Part shown: positions 48,048 through 56,722 of the stretch, in pieces
Numbering within the stretch: position 1 is the first letter of the stretch
Layout of the letters: each line of letters starts with the position of its first letter
Assembly (NCBI GenBank): GCA_009392915.1
Contig: CP045477.1
Coordinates: forward strand, 608,001 to 672,000
From: Candidatus Forterrea multitransposorum CG_2015-17_Forterrea_25_41
GTDB taxonomy: Archaea > Iainarchaeota > Iainarchaeia > Iainarchaeales > CSSED10-239
Reading direction: 5' to 3'
Length of the DNA stretch: 64,000 bases
Notes under the pieces: model-generated
What the model was told of the DNA's origin: nothing
Databases searched by the model: none
The model's input: only the letters and a program-made list of their open reading frames with translations
Position numbers and translations under genes: made by a program

Positions 48048-49640
48048 TTAATTTCCTGTGTTGTTAGAAGATAAATTTGTGTATGCTTCTTCTAATTCCT
48101 GAATTTCATCTTGATAATTTAAAGATACAAGATCATATACTGTTTGAACTCCTAAAACAGGATTTAATTCAAATAATTTTCTATTAACATCTAAAGAAAT
48201 ATTTTGATCTTCAGAACATTTTAAGAAAAGTATAGGGAATATTGAAAAAACATCATTTGTAACTAAAGGTTTAATTACAAGATTTATTTTATCAGAATAT
48301 AAATATTCTTCATAAAATTCATCTGTTAAAGTTTCTTTTTCAAATTGATTACAATAAGGACAATCATAATCTGTGAAAAGAACAACTGAAACAGGTGCAT
48401 CTTCTGTACCAATTAATTTATCTGATTCTTTAATAATTGAAGAATAATCTAATATTTTATAGATACCATCAATACCACTACCTAAAGCAAGTTGAGGGAA
48501 AACATCTTCTCTTAAGATATATCCATTGTTAACAGTTTCTTCTTTAAAGATTAAATTAAAAATATCTTTATTTTCAGAACCATTAAAATCAACGGAATTA
48601 ACATCTCCTAAAACATACATTGCAGGTAATGTATTTGAACCAATAGTTTCTAAAATTTCAATTCCTAATTCAGAATCGTATTGTACATATTCAACATCTA
48701 AATCAAATAAAACAGAGAAAATAGAATTTACATTTTCAAGTAATAATTCAGAAGTTTTTAAATATTCAATAAACTCTGTATTCTTTTCAGAAATCATTTC
48801 ATTTTCTTTATCGTAAATATAATACATTTTTAATGAATCTTGAGTATATGAAAATGAAGAATTATCATAATTTAGATCTAATGACTCTACGTTTTCTACA
48901 GAATCAATAAACTCTGTAAAAACATTATAATCTTTAAAACCAGATAAATTATATCCATTTACATAGATTGTTGGAGTTGACATTACATATAATTCTTGTG
49001 CTTGTAAGAAATCATTTTGTATTACACTTACTTTTTCATAATCATATAGATTAGAATCTTTTAAAAGATAATTATTTTCTAAAAGACAAGCATCCATTTC
49101 TTCAGAATTAATATTTAAATCTGAATAACTTTCTTCTAAAATTTCTTTTTGATAAGTTCTCATATCAGTTAAAAGAGTTAAAGTTAAGTTTAATGATTTT
49201 TCTTCAAATTCTTCTGCACTCATAGTAACAGTAAAAGTATTTGAATCAATTGTATTTGTGTCAGTTCCATTTAAAGGATCATCATTTGTTTGAACAGGAG
49301 TTATAGGAATTAAAAATGCTAAAGCAATAATTAAAACTATTAAACCAGCTAAAACACCAATAATTACATAATCTCTTTTTTTAGTAGATCTCTTTTTTGA
49401 AACATCTTTATGTTTTTCGTGAGAATGAACTTCAACTTTTGGTTCGTGTTTTTCAATTTCAACTTTTTTAGGTGTTGAAACTTTTTTTGAACTCATCTTC
49501 TTTGGCATTGCCTTTTTTGAAGTAGTTGATTTTTTTTTTGCTTTGTTTTTATTAACATCTAAAACAGTATTTGTATCTTCAAAAACAACTTGTACTTTTT
49601 TTGGAGATTTAGCTTTAGATTTTTTTTTAGTTTTAGCCAA
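48048..49640 (-). CDS. Membrane-anchored extracytoplasmic protein with C-terminal thioredoxin-like CPYC domain
   Basis: K-rich N-terminus, one TM helix (VIIGVLAGLIVLIIALAFLI), and C-terminal FTDYDCPYCNQFEKE thiol-disulfide oxidoreductase motif. Confidence 0.5.
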   Translation of the reverse strand: MAKTKKKSKAKSPKKVQVVFEDTNTVLDVNKNKAKKKSTTSKKAMPKKMSSKKVSTPKKVEIEKHEPKVEVHSHEKHKDVSKKRSTKKRDYVIIGVLAGLIVLIIALAFLIPITPVQTNDDPLNGTDTNTIDSNTFTVTMSAEEFEEKSLNLTLTLLTDMRTYQKEILEESYSDLNINSEEMDACLLENNYLLKDSNLYDYEKVSVIQNDFLQAQELYVMSTPTIYVNGYNLSGFKDYNVFTEFIDSVENVESLDLNYDNSSFSYTQDSLKMYYIYDKENEMISEKNTEFIEYLKTSELLLENVNSIFSVLFDLDVEYVQYDSELGIEILETIGSNTLPAMYVLGDVNSVDFNGSENKDIFNLIFKEETVNNGYILREDVFPQLALGSGIDGIYKILDYSSIIKESDKLIGTEDAPVSVVLFTDYDCPYCNQFEKETLTDEFYEEYLYSDKINLVIKPLVTNDVFSIFPILFLKCSEDQNISLDVNRKLFELNPVLGVQTVYDLVSLNYQDEIQELEEAYTNLSSNNTGN

Positions 49641-49688
49641 AAATAATCACCTTTTATTTAATTATAATAATAGTAATTAAAAACAAAA

Positions 49689-50702
49689 ATGTTTAAAAAG
49701 AGTACTAAAGCTTATATTCTTATGGATAAGAAAAATAAAAATACAGAAGAAATATTTAAAGATTTAAAGAAAAAACATTATGGAATTTATGGAAAACACT
49801 CTGCAGTTGAAATCTGTAGCTGGAATAAAAAAGCATTAAGAGGAGAGGGTGTTTGCTATAAAGAAAAATTTTATAATGTAGATTGTCATAGATGTGCACA
49901 AATAACCCCTACAGTTATTAATTGTCATTTTAATTGTAACTTTTGTTGGAGACCTTCAGAATATATGAAAGAATGGGAAATGAATGAAGATTTATTAGAT
50001 GATCCTAAAGATATTGTTGAAGGACTTTTTAAAGAAAGAATCAAACTTTTAACTGGGTTTAAGGGAAACCCAAAAGTTAATCAAGAAAAATATCAAGAAG
50101 GGACAATTCCAACACATGTAGCAATCTCTCTTGCTGGAGAACCTACAATTTATCCTAAAATAGGAGAAATGGTTGGATATTTAAAAAATAAAAAAATGAG
50201 AAGTATATTTATTGTAACAAACGGAATGGAAACAGATAGACTTCTTGAAATGAATAAAAATAAACAACTTCCAACACAACTTTATTTATCTATTGTTGCA
50301 TGTACAAAAGAAATGCATCAAAAAATAAACAGAACAAAAATTAAAGATAGTTGGGAAAGATTAAATAAAACTATTGATATTTATCCAACACTTAATTGTA
50401 GAAAAGTAATTAGATTTACTTTAATTAAAGGAATGAATGATTCACTTAAATATTTAGATAAATTTATTGAAATGTTTGAAAGAAGTAATACAGATTATTT
50501 AGAAATTAAATCATACATGCATTTAGGACTTTCAAGAGAAAACTTAAGTGCAGATAATATGCCTGATCATCAAGAAGTTTTAGAATTTTCAAAAGAAATT
50601 GAAAAAAGAAGTAAATTATTTAAGATTCACAATGAACAAAAAGAATCAAGAATAATTCTTTTAAAAAATAAAAATAGTAAAGTTATAGATTTTATTAAAT
50701 AG
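49689..50702 (+). CDS. taw1: Radical SAM enzyme, tRNA 4-demethylwyosine synthase (Taw1/TYW1)-like
   Basis: Cx3Cx2C (CHFNCNFCWR) preceded by C-x13-C-x13-C (ICSW..GVCYK..DCHRC), resembling the TYW1 auxiliary-cluster spacing. Confidence 0.6.
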   Translation: MFKKSTKAYILMDKKNKNTEEIFKDLKKKHYGIYGKHSAVEICSWNKKALRGEGVCYKEKFYNVDCHRCAQITPTVINCHFNCNFCWRPSEYMKEWEMNEDLLDDPKDIVEGLFKERIKLLTGFKGNPKVNQEKYQEGTIPTHVAISLAGEPTIYPKIGEMVGYLKNKKMRSIFIVTNGMETDRLLEMNKNKQLPTQLYLSIVACTKEMHQKINRTKIKDSWERLNKTIDIYPTLNCRKVIRFTLIKGMNDSLKYLDKFIEMFERSNTDYLEIKSYMHLGLSRENLSADNMPDHQEVLEFSKEIEKRSKLFKIHNEQKESRIILLKNKNSKVIDFIK

Positions 50703-50715
50703 AGAGAAGAAAAAA

Positions 50716-51576
50716 ATGGAACTTAATACTGAACTTATAGATGTTTTAAAAACAATTAATAAAGAAAAAGTTATTTGTCTTTTAGCACCAAGCTTTGTTG
50801 TAGATTTTAAATATCCTAAAATAATTTTAGAACTTAGAAGAATTGGTTTTAATAAAATTGTTGAACTTACATATTCTGCAAAATTAATAAATAAAGAAAT
50901 ACACAAACAAATATTAGAAAATAAAAAAAAACAATATATTTGTGGAAACTGCCCTAGTGTTGTTAAATATATTGAAAATAAATATCCAGAACTTAAAAAA
51001 AATATTATGGATATAGCTTCACCTATGGTTATTATGGCAAGATTTATGAAAGAAAAATATCCTAGTCATATAATTGTTTTTGTAGGACCTTGTTTTTCAA
51101 AAAAACAAGAAGCAAAAGAAAACAAAGAAGTTGATTATGCACTTACCTTTAAAGAAATAAATGATATGTTTTTGTATGCTAAAAAAAATGGTTTTTATAA
51201 AAAACAAGAAAATGAAAATAAGCATTTTGATAAATTTTATAATGATTATACAAAGATATACCCTTTATCTGGTGCAGTTGCAGAAACCATGAATACTAGA
51301 GAAATATTAAAACCAGAAGAAATGATTATTGCAGATGGAATTAAAGAAATTGATAAGGCAATTATGAAATTTAAAGAAAATAAAAAAGTAAGATTTCTTG
51401 ACATGCTTTTCTGTACTGGAGGTTGTGTTGGAGGACCTGGCATAATTTCAACAGAAACTATTGAACAAAGAGAAGACAGAGTTATTCATTATAGAGATAA
51501 ATCAAAAAATGAAAAACTTGGAAAAAACTTTGGAAAATTTAAATATGCAGAAAACCTTAGTTTAAAGAGGAAATAA
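50716..51576 (+). CDS. [FeFe]-hydrogenase H-cluster-domain-like protein (compact, non-canonical L1 motif)
   Basis: LAPSFVVDF (P1). [30 protein letters not shown] aligns with CpI [40 protein letters not shown] (L2). [12 protein letters not shown] (L3). Confidence 0.65.
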   Translation: [286 protein letters not shown]

Positions 51577-51579
51577 TAA

Positions 51580-51999
51580 TTAAATAGTTAAAGAAAAAAT
51601 AACAGGAGTCTTTGGTTGTTCAGAAATAAATTTTTTTAAAGCAACTTTTAAAAGATTTAAAGTTAAATAAGCACATCTTACTCTTGTTTGTAAAACTCCA
51701 TCTAAATTTTCAATAATTGATTCTGGTTTTAAATTTATAATTTCATCTATTTTTTTATTTAAGGAAAGCTCGGTTGCAATACAGCCCCCTGCTTTTGAAA
51801 TTACACAACCAGAATGAACAAATGAAATATTTTTAACTATCTTTTTGTCTTTTGAGAATTTAACATAAATTGTGACTTTATCACTGCACCCAGAATTATT
51901 ACCTTCTATTTTTATATCAAAAGGCTTTAATACACCATAATTAACTGGGTTTGAATAATAATCTAAAATTATTTGACTAGGGATATAATCATCACTCAT
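51580..51999 (-). CDS. SufU/IscU-like Fe-S cluster scaffold protein
   Basis: 139 aa with three conserved Cys (GCSDK, HSGC, GGC). Heads the SUF gene block. Confidence 0.6.
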   Translation of the reverse strand: MSDDYIPSQIILDYYSNPVNYGVLKPFDIKIEGNNSGCSDKVTIYVKFSKDKKIVKNISFVHSGCVISKAGGCIATELSLNKKIDEIINLKPESIIENLDGVLQTRVRCAYLTLNLLKVALKKFISEQPKTPVIFSLTI

Positions 52000-52871
52000 A
52001 ATTTATCTTTTATTTTTTTCTCAATATAATTAATTATTTTTTCAGGATAGAAAGAAATATTTGCTTTTAAAAAAGAAGAAACCATTAAGTTATAAGCATT
52101 TTTTTTAGATAAAGATCTTGAAGATAAATAAAATAATTGTTCATCAGTTACATGTTCAACTGTTGCAGCATGAGTTGCTTTAACATTTTTTGGAACTATT
52201 TCAAGCATTGGGACACTAATAGATCTAGAGGTATCTGAAAGAAGCATACTATTTGTTTCAAGATATGCTTTTGAAAAATCACCAGATTTTAAAATGTTAA
52301 TCATTCCATCATATCTTGAAAAAGATTTATTTTTTAATACATTTTTAATTGTTGTATTAGAAATAGTTTCTTTGTAAAGATGATTATTTCTTATATTTAT
52401 ATATGCTTTTTCAGATTTAGATAAAAGTAAAACATCATTTTGATTTAATTGAGAATCTTTTTTTATAAAAGTTTCTTGATTATATTTTAAATTATTTAAA
52501 TCAAAATAAAGATTTGAAATGTAAATAATAGACTTATCTAAAATAAAATTATTATCATAACTAAAATCATTAACTTTAAAATTTCTTATAAGATTTAAAG
52601 ACTTAGTATTTTGAAAATAATAAATAATATTTTTATGTTTTAAATTTTTAAAATCAGAAATTTCAAATAAATTTTTATTAGAAATTTTATTAAAAATTAT
52701 TAAAGAATTATTTTTAATAGAAGAAATATTAAAACTTGAAAAATCTTTAATAGAATCATCTATTAAATAGACATCACTATAATTAGATAGATTAAGTTTA
52801 TCTAAAGTATTTAGAATACTTTTAAAAATTTGTTTTAATTTATAATTATTTAAATTAATTTTTAGAAACAT
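51996..52871 (-). CDS. sufD: Fe-S cluster assembly protein SufD (short)
   Basis: C-terminal SufBD β-helix region (TVEHVTDEQLFYLSSRSL). Follows sufB. Confidence 0.65.
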   Translation of the reverse strand: MFLKINLNNYKLKQIFKSILNTLDKLNLSNYSDVYLIDDSIKDFSSFNISSIKNNSLIIFNKISNKNLFEISDFKNLKHKNIIYYFQNTKSLNLIRNFKVNDFSYDNNFILDKSIIYISNLYFDLNNLKYNQETFIKKDSQLNQNDVLLLSKSEKAYINIRNNHLYKETISNTTIKNVLKNKSFSRYDGMINILKSGDFSKAYLETNSMLLSDTSRSISVPMLEIVPKNVKATHAATVEHVTDEQLFYLSSRSLSKKNAYNLMVSSFLKANISFYPEKIINYIEKKIKDKL

Positions 52872-52877
52872 ATAAAT

Positions 52878-54323
52878 CTATCCTACAGAATTTTCAAACT
52901 CCATTTCAATTAATCTATTAAGTTCAACTGCATACTCTAAAGGAATTTGTTTTGAAAATTCACTTATAAAACCTAAAATGATTAAAGTAATTGCTTTAGA
53001 TTCATCAATACCTCTTGACATTAAATAAAATAATTGTTCTTCACCTATTCTTCCGACAGTTGCTTCATGAGAAACTTCTGCAGTAGGTTCATCAACAACT
53101 ATTACAGGATAAGTATCAGTCTTACTTATTGAATCAATTAAAATTGCATCACATCTAACATTAGATTTAACATTTTTAAGACCCTTATCTATTCTTACAA
53201 GCCCTCTATATGCTGATTCACCACCATCTTTTGAAATAGATTTTGAAACAATTGTTCCGGTGGTATTATTTGCTTGATGAACAATTTTTGCACCTGCATC
53301 TTGTTTTTGATTTTTTGAAGCAATTGCAATAGATAATACTTCTCCTCTAGAATTATCTCCTTTTAAATAAATTGCAGGATATTTCATTGTTAGTCTTGAA
53401 CCTAAATTACCATCTACCCATTCAACACTTGCATTTTTATAAGCAAAAGCTCTTTTTGTAACTAAATTATAAATATTATTTGCCCAATTTTGAATTGTAG
53501 TGTATCTTATACTAGCACCTTCTAAAGCAATAACTTCAACAACAGCTGCATGCAATGATTGAGTGGAAAATCTTGGAGCTGTACATCCTTCGACATAATG
53601 GATTTTACTACCTTCATCTGCAATTATTAAAGTTCTCTCAAATTGACCCATATTTGAAGAATTAATTCTAAAATATGCTTGAAGAGGAGTATCAACTTTA
53701 ACACCTTTAGGAACATAAACAAAAGAACCTCCTGACCAAACAGCAGAATTAAGAGAAGAAAATTTATTATCATCAATTGGAATTACAGATCCAAAATATT
53801 TTTTTACAAGTTCAGGATATTTTTTTAAACCTTCATCCATGGATAGAAAAACAACACCTTTTTCTTCAAATTCTTTTTTTGTTTTATGATAAATTACTTC
53901 AGAATCATATTGTGCACCAACACCTGCAAGAAAATCTCTTTCAGCTTTTGGAACCCCTATTCTATCAAAAGTTTTTTTAACATCTTTTGGAACATCTTTC
54001 CAATTTGTTTTTTCAGAATCTCCAACTGATGCAAAATAAGTTATATTTTTAAAATCAATTTCTTCAAGTGGCATTATTCCCCAAGAAGGCAATTTTTGTT
54101 TTATAAATGTTTTATAAGCTTTTAATCTAAAATCAAGCATCCATTTAGGTTCTTTTTTTATTTTTGAAATATTTTTTATAACAGTTTCACTTAACCCTTT
54201 ATCAAACTTAATTTTATAATCTTTTGTAGAATATGAAAAGTCATATTTCTTTATTTTTGTAGCTTTCTTAGCTTTTTTTAGAGAAGAATCTTTTACTCTT
54301 CCATCTATTTTATTTCTATTCAT
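52878..54323 (-). CDS. sufB: Fe-S cluster assembly protein SufB
   Basis: 481 aa with conserved ATVGRIGEEQLFYLMSRGI C-terminus. Confidence 0.85.
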   Translation of the reverse strand: MNRNKIDGRVKDSSLKKAKKATKIKKYDFSYSTKDYKIKFDKGLSETVIKNISKIKKEPKWMLDFRLKAYKTFIKQKLPSWGIMPLEEIDFKNITYFASVGDSEKTNWKDVPKDVKKTFDRIGVPKAERDFLAGVGAQYDSEVIYHKTKKEFEEKGVVFLSMDEGLKKYPELVKKYFGSVIPIDDNKFSSLNSAVWSGGSFVYVPKGVKVDTPLQAYFRINSSNMGQFERTLIIADEGSKIHYVEGCTAPRFSTQSLHAAVVEVIALEGASIRYTTIQNWANNIYNLVTKRAFAYKNASVEWVDGNLGSRLTMKYPAIYLKGDNSRGEVLSIAIASKNQKQDAGAKIVHQANNTTGTIVSKSISKDGGESAYRGLVRIDKGLKNVKSNVRCDAILIDSISKTDTYPVIVVDEPTAEVSHEATVGRIGEEQLFYLMSRGIDESKAITLIILGFISEFSKQIPLEYAVELNRLIEMEFENSVG

Positions 54324-54330
54324 AATTTAT

Positions 54331-55098
54331 CTATTTAGACTTTTTTTTATAGTCTTCAATTATTTTTGTAAAACCATTTTTTTCAATATAGTTTGCAAAA
54401 GAACTATCTCCGCTTTTTATAATTTTTCCTTCATACATTACATGTACAAAATCTGGTTTTAAAAAATCAAGTATTTTTTTATAGTGTGTAATTACAATTG
54501 CAGAAAATTCTTTATTTTCTTTTTTTAAATTATTTATAGAATTACAAACAAGCTTTAAAGAATCAATATCAAGACCAGAATCAGTTTCATCTAAAATTGC
54601 AAGTTTAGGTTTTAATAAATTAAGTTGTAAAATTTCAGCACGTTTTTTTTCTCCACCAGAAAAACCAACATTTAAATCTCTAGATAAAAAATTTTCTGGC
54701 ATGTTTAAAAGAGAAATTCTTTCTTTAACTAAAGTATTAAACTTTAATGGAGAAATTCTTTCTTGATGAGTTGAAGAAAAAGAATTTTTTAAAAAAGAAA
54801 AATAATTAAGACCTTGAATCTCTAAAGGAGATTGAAAAGATAAAAATATTCCTTCTCTTGCTCTCTTGTCAACAGATAATTTTAATAAATCTTTTTCTAA
54901 AAATTTTATTTTTCCAGAAGATATTCTATACTTAGGATGACCCATAATAGAGTATGCAAGAGTTGATTTTCCAGAACCATTTGGCCCCATAATTGCATGA
55001 ATCTCTTGATTTTTTACATCTAAGTTAAAGTTATTTAAAATTTGTTTCTCTTCAACAGAAACTGATAAATTTTTTATAGAAATTAAATTTTTAGCCAT
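54331..55098 (-). CDS. sufC: Fe-S cluster assembly ATPase SufC
   Basis: ABC ATPase motifs GPNGSGKSTL, LSGGEKKR, ILDETDSGLD. 255 aa. Confidence 0.9.
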   Translation of the reverse strand: MAKNLISIKNLSVSVEEKQILNNFNLDVKNQEIHAIMGPNGSGKSTLAYSIMGHPKYRISSGKIKFLEKDLLKLSVDKRAREGIFLSFQSPLEIQGLNYFSFLKNSFSSTHQERISPLKFNTLVKERISLLNMPENFLSRDLNVGFSGGEKKRAEILQLNLLKPKLAILDETDSGLDIDSLKLVCNSINNLKKENKEFSAIVITHYKKILDFLKPDFVHVMYEGKIIKSGDSSFANYIEKNGFTKIIEDYKKKSK

Positions 55099-55226
55099 AT
55101 ATTATCACATATAAATGAAATACAATTCATCTATATATGTATTATATAAAAGAATTTAAAAAGGTAAGGTATTTATTTAAATGGAACAACTAAATATGTA
55201 TAGATAAAAAAGGGGGTTTTTTAAAA

Positions 55227-55403
55227 ATGCTTGAAACAATTATAGGAATAATAGGTTTAATTTCTGCAATCTGGGTAATTTATGATGTATTAACAAATAA
55301 TAAAAAATTATCAACAGTTAAAAAAGTTATTTGGATTATTTGTGCTATTTTATTTAGTATACTTACAGCAATAATTTATTTTTTAGTTTACAAAATGAAA
55401 TAA
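55227..55403 (+). CDS. Small membrane protein with PLD-N-terminal-like (PLDc_N) domain (not in track)
   Basis: MLETIIGIIGLISAIWVIYDVLTNNKKLSTVKKVIWIICAILFSILTAIIYFLVYKMK with two TM helices. AGGGGGT SD 9 nt upstream. Confidence 0.4.
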   Translation: MLETIIGIIGLISAIWVIYDVLTNNKKLSTVKKVIWIICAILFSILTAIIYFLVYKMK

Positions 55404-55448
55404 ATTATAAAAAAAACAGAAAGAAGAAGGAAAGAAAAGAAAAAGAAT

Positions 55449-56522
55449 TTAATCTTCAATTCCTTTTTCTGTAACATTATATGCAACTTCACCATCAGGA
55501 AGTGCAGGAGAATCAACAAGCTTTGCAATTCTTTTTGAACCAGAACTTTTTCTTAAGTATAATCTTGTCTTGGAAGCGTGTTTTACAACATTTCCACCAA
55601 TAGCGTCAGTTGGATCACCAAACAAAACATCTGGTCTTGACATTACTTGGTTTGTAACAAATACAGCAACATTATAAAGTTCTGCAACCTTTTGTAAAAG
55701 TCTCATATGCTTATTTAATTTTTGTTGTCTATCAGATAATTGACCTCTACCAGTAAACTCAGATCTAAACTGACTTGTAAGAGAGTCAACAATTAAAAGC
55801 TTAATATTTTTTTCTTTAATTAAATCAACAGCTTTTTCTGCTAAAAGCATTTGATGATCACTATTATAAGCTCTTGCAACAAATATTTTTTTCATAACTT
55901 CGTCAGGATCAAGACCTTTTGCAATAGCCATCTGACTTACTCTTTCAGGTCTGAAAGAATTTTCAGTATCAATATACAACACAGAACCTTCAAGACCACC
56001 TTTGTCTTTAGGAAGTTGAGTTGTTACACATAATTGAAAACACCATTGAGATTTACCAGAAGCAAACATACCATAAACTTCAGTTATTGATTGACTTTCA
56101 ATACCACCTGCAAGAAGTTCATCAAGACTTGCAGAACCAGTTGTGATTTTATCAATCATTTTTCTTTTTTCTAAAAGAATATCAGCACTCTCAAAGCCCA
56201 TTTCAAGAGAATCTCTTGCAGCCTTAATACATTTAATTGCAGTTCCTTCACCTAAACCTGCAATTGCAACAAGTTCCATTGGAGAAGCAACAGCTATTGC
56301 TTCATAAGTATCAAAACCAGCAGCCTTAAGTTTTTCAGCAGAAGTTGGACCTATTCCTGGAAGATCTAGAATATCCTTTGGTTTTATTTTATCTTTGATT
56401 GGATCAGCATCCTTAGATACCATAGTATCTGTTTCTAAATCTTCTGAATCTAGAGAATCATCTATAGTTTCATTTACAAAATCATTATTTTCTTCATTAT
56501 CCATAATCTTTTCTTTCTTCAT
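55449..56522 (-). CDS. radA: DNA repair and recombination protein RadA
   Basis: N-terminal HhH ([17 protein letters not shown]), RecA core with Walker A (GMFASGKSQ) and Walker B (LLIVDS). Confidence 0.9.
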   Translation of the reverse strand: MKKEKIMDNEENNDFVNETIDDSLDSEDLETDTMVSKDADPIKDKIKPKDILDLPGIGPTSAEKLKAAGFDTYEAIAVASPMELVAIAGLGEGTAIKCIKAARDSLEMGFESADILLEKRKMIDKITTGSASLDELLAGGIESQSITEVYGMFASGKSQWCFQLCVTTQLPKDKGGLEGSVLYIDTENSFRPERVSQMAIAKGLDPDEVMKKIFVARAYNSDHQMLLAEKAVDLIKEKNIKLLIVDSLTSQFRSEFTGRGQLSDRQQKLNKHMRLLQKVAELYNVAVFVTNQVMSRPDVLFGDPTDAIGGNVVKHASKTRLYLRKSSGSKRIAKLVDSPALPDGEVAYNVTEKGIED

Positions 56523-56722
56523 ATTTTCATCACATTTTAATTATTCTAAACAATTATATTAAGGAATTTAAAGAATATATGTGTTTTGGTAGGGGGTAGC
56601 TGGCCGAGAAAAAAACCAAAAATAAGATAAACAAATAAATAGTTTTCTATCTACTATTAAAATAGCTATATAAAATATTATATTATAATAACTATAAATT
56701 ACTACAAAAAGAAAGATAAAAA

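Noticed and set aside
56588-56612. GC-rich segment ggtagggggtagctggccgag resembling a tRNA 5' acceptor/D-arm (possible split-tRNA half or integration remnant)
   Set aside because: Only ~20 nt of similarity. No compatible D-stem, anticodon or T-arm could be folded, and no complementary 3' half was found in the window. More likely part of the radA upstream region.
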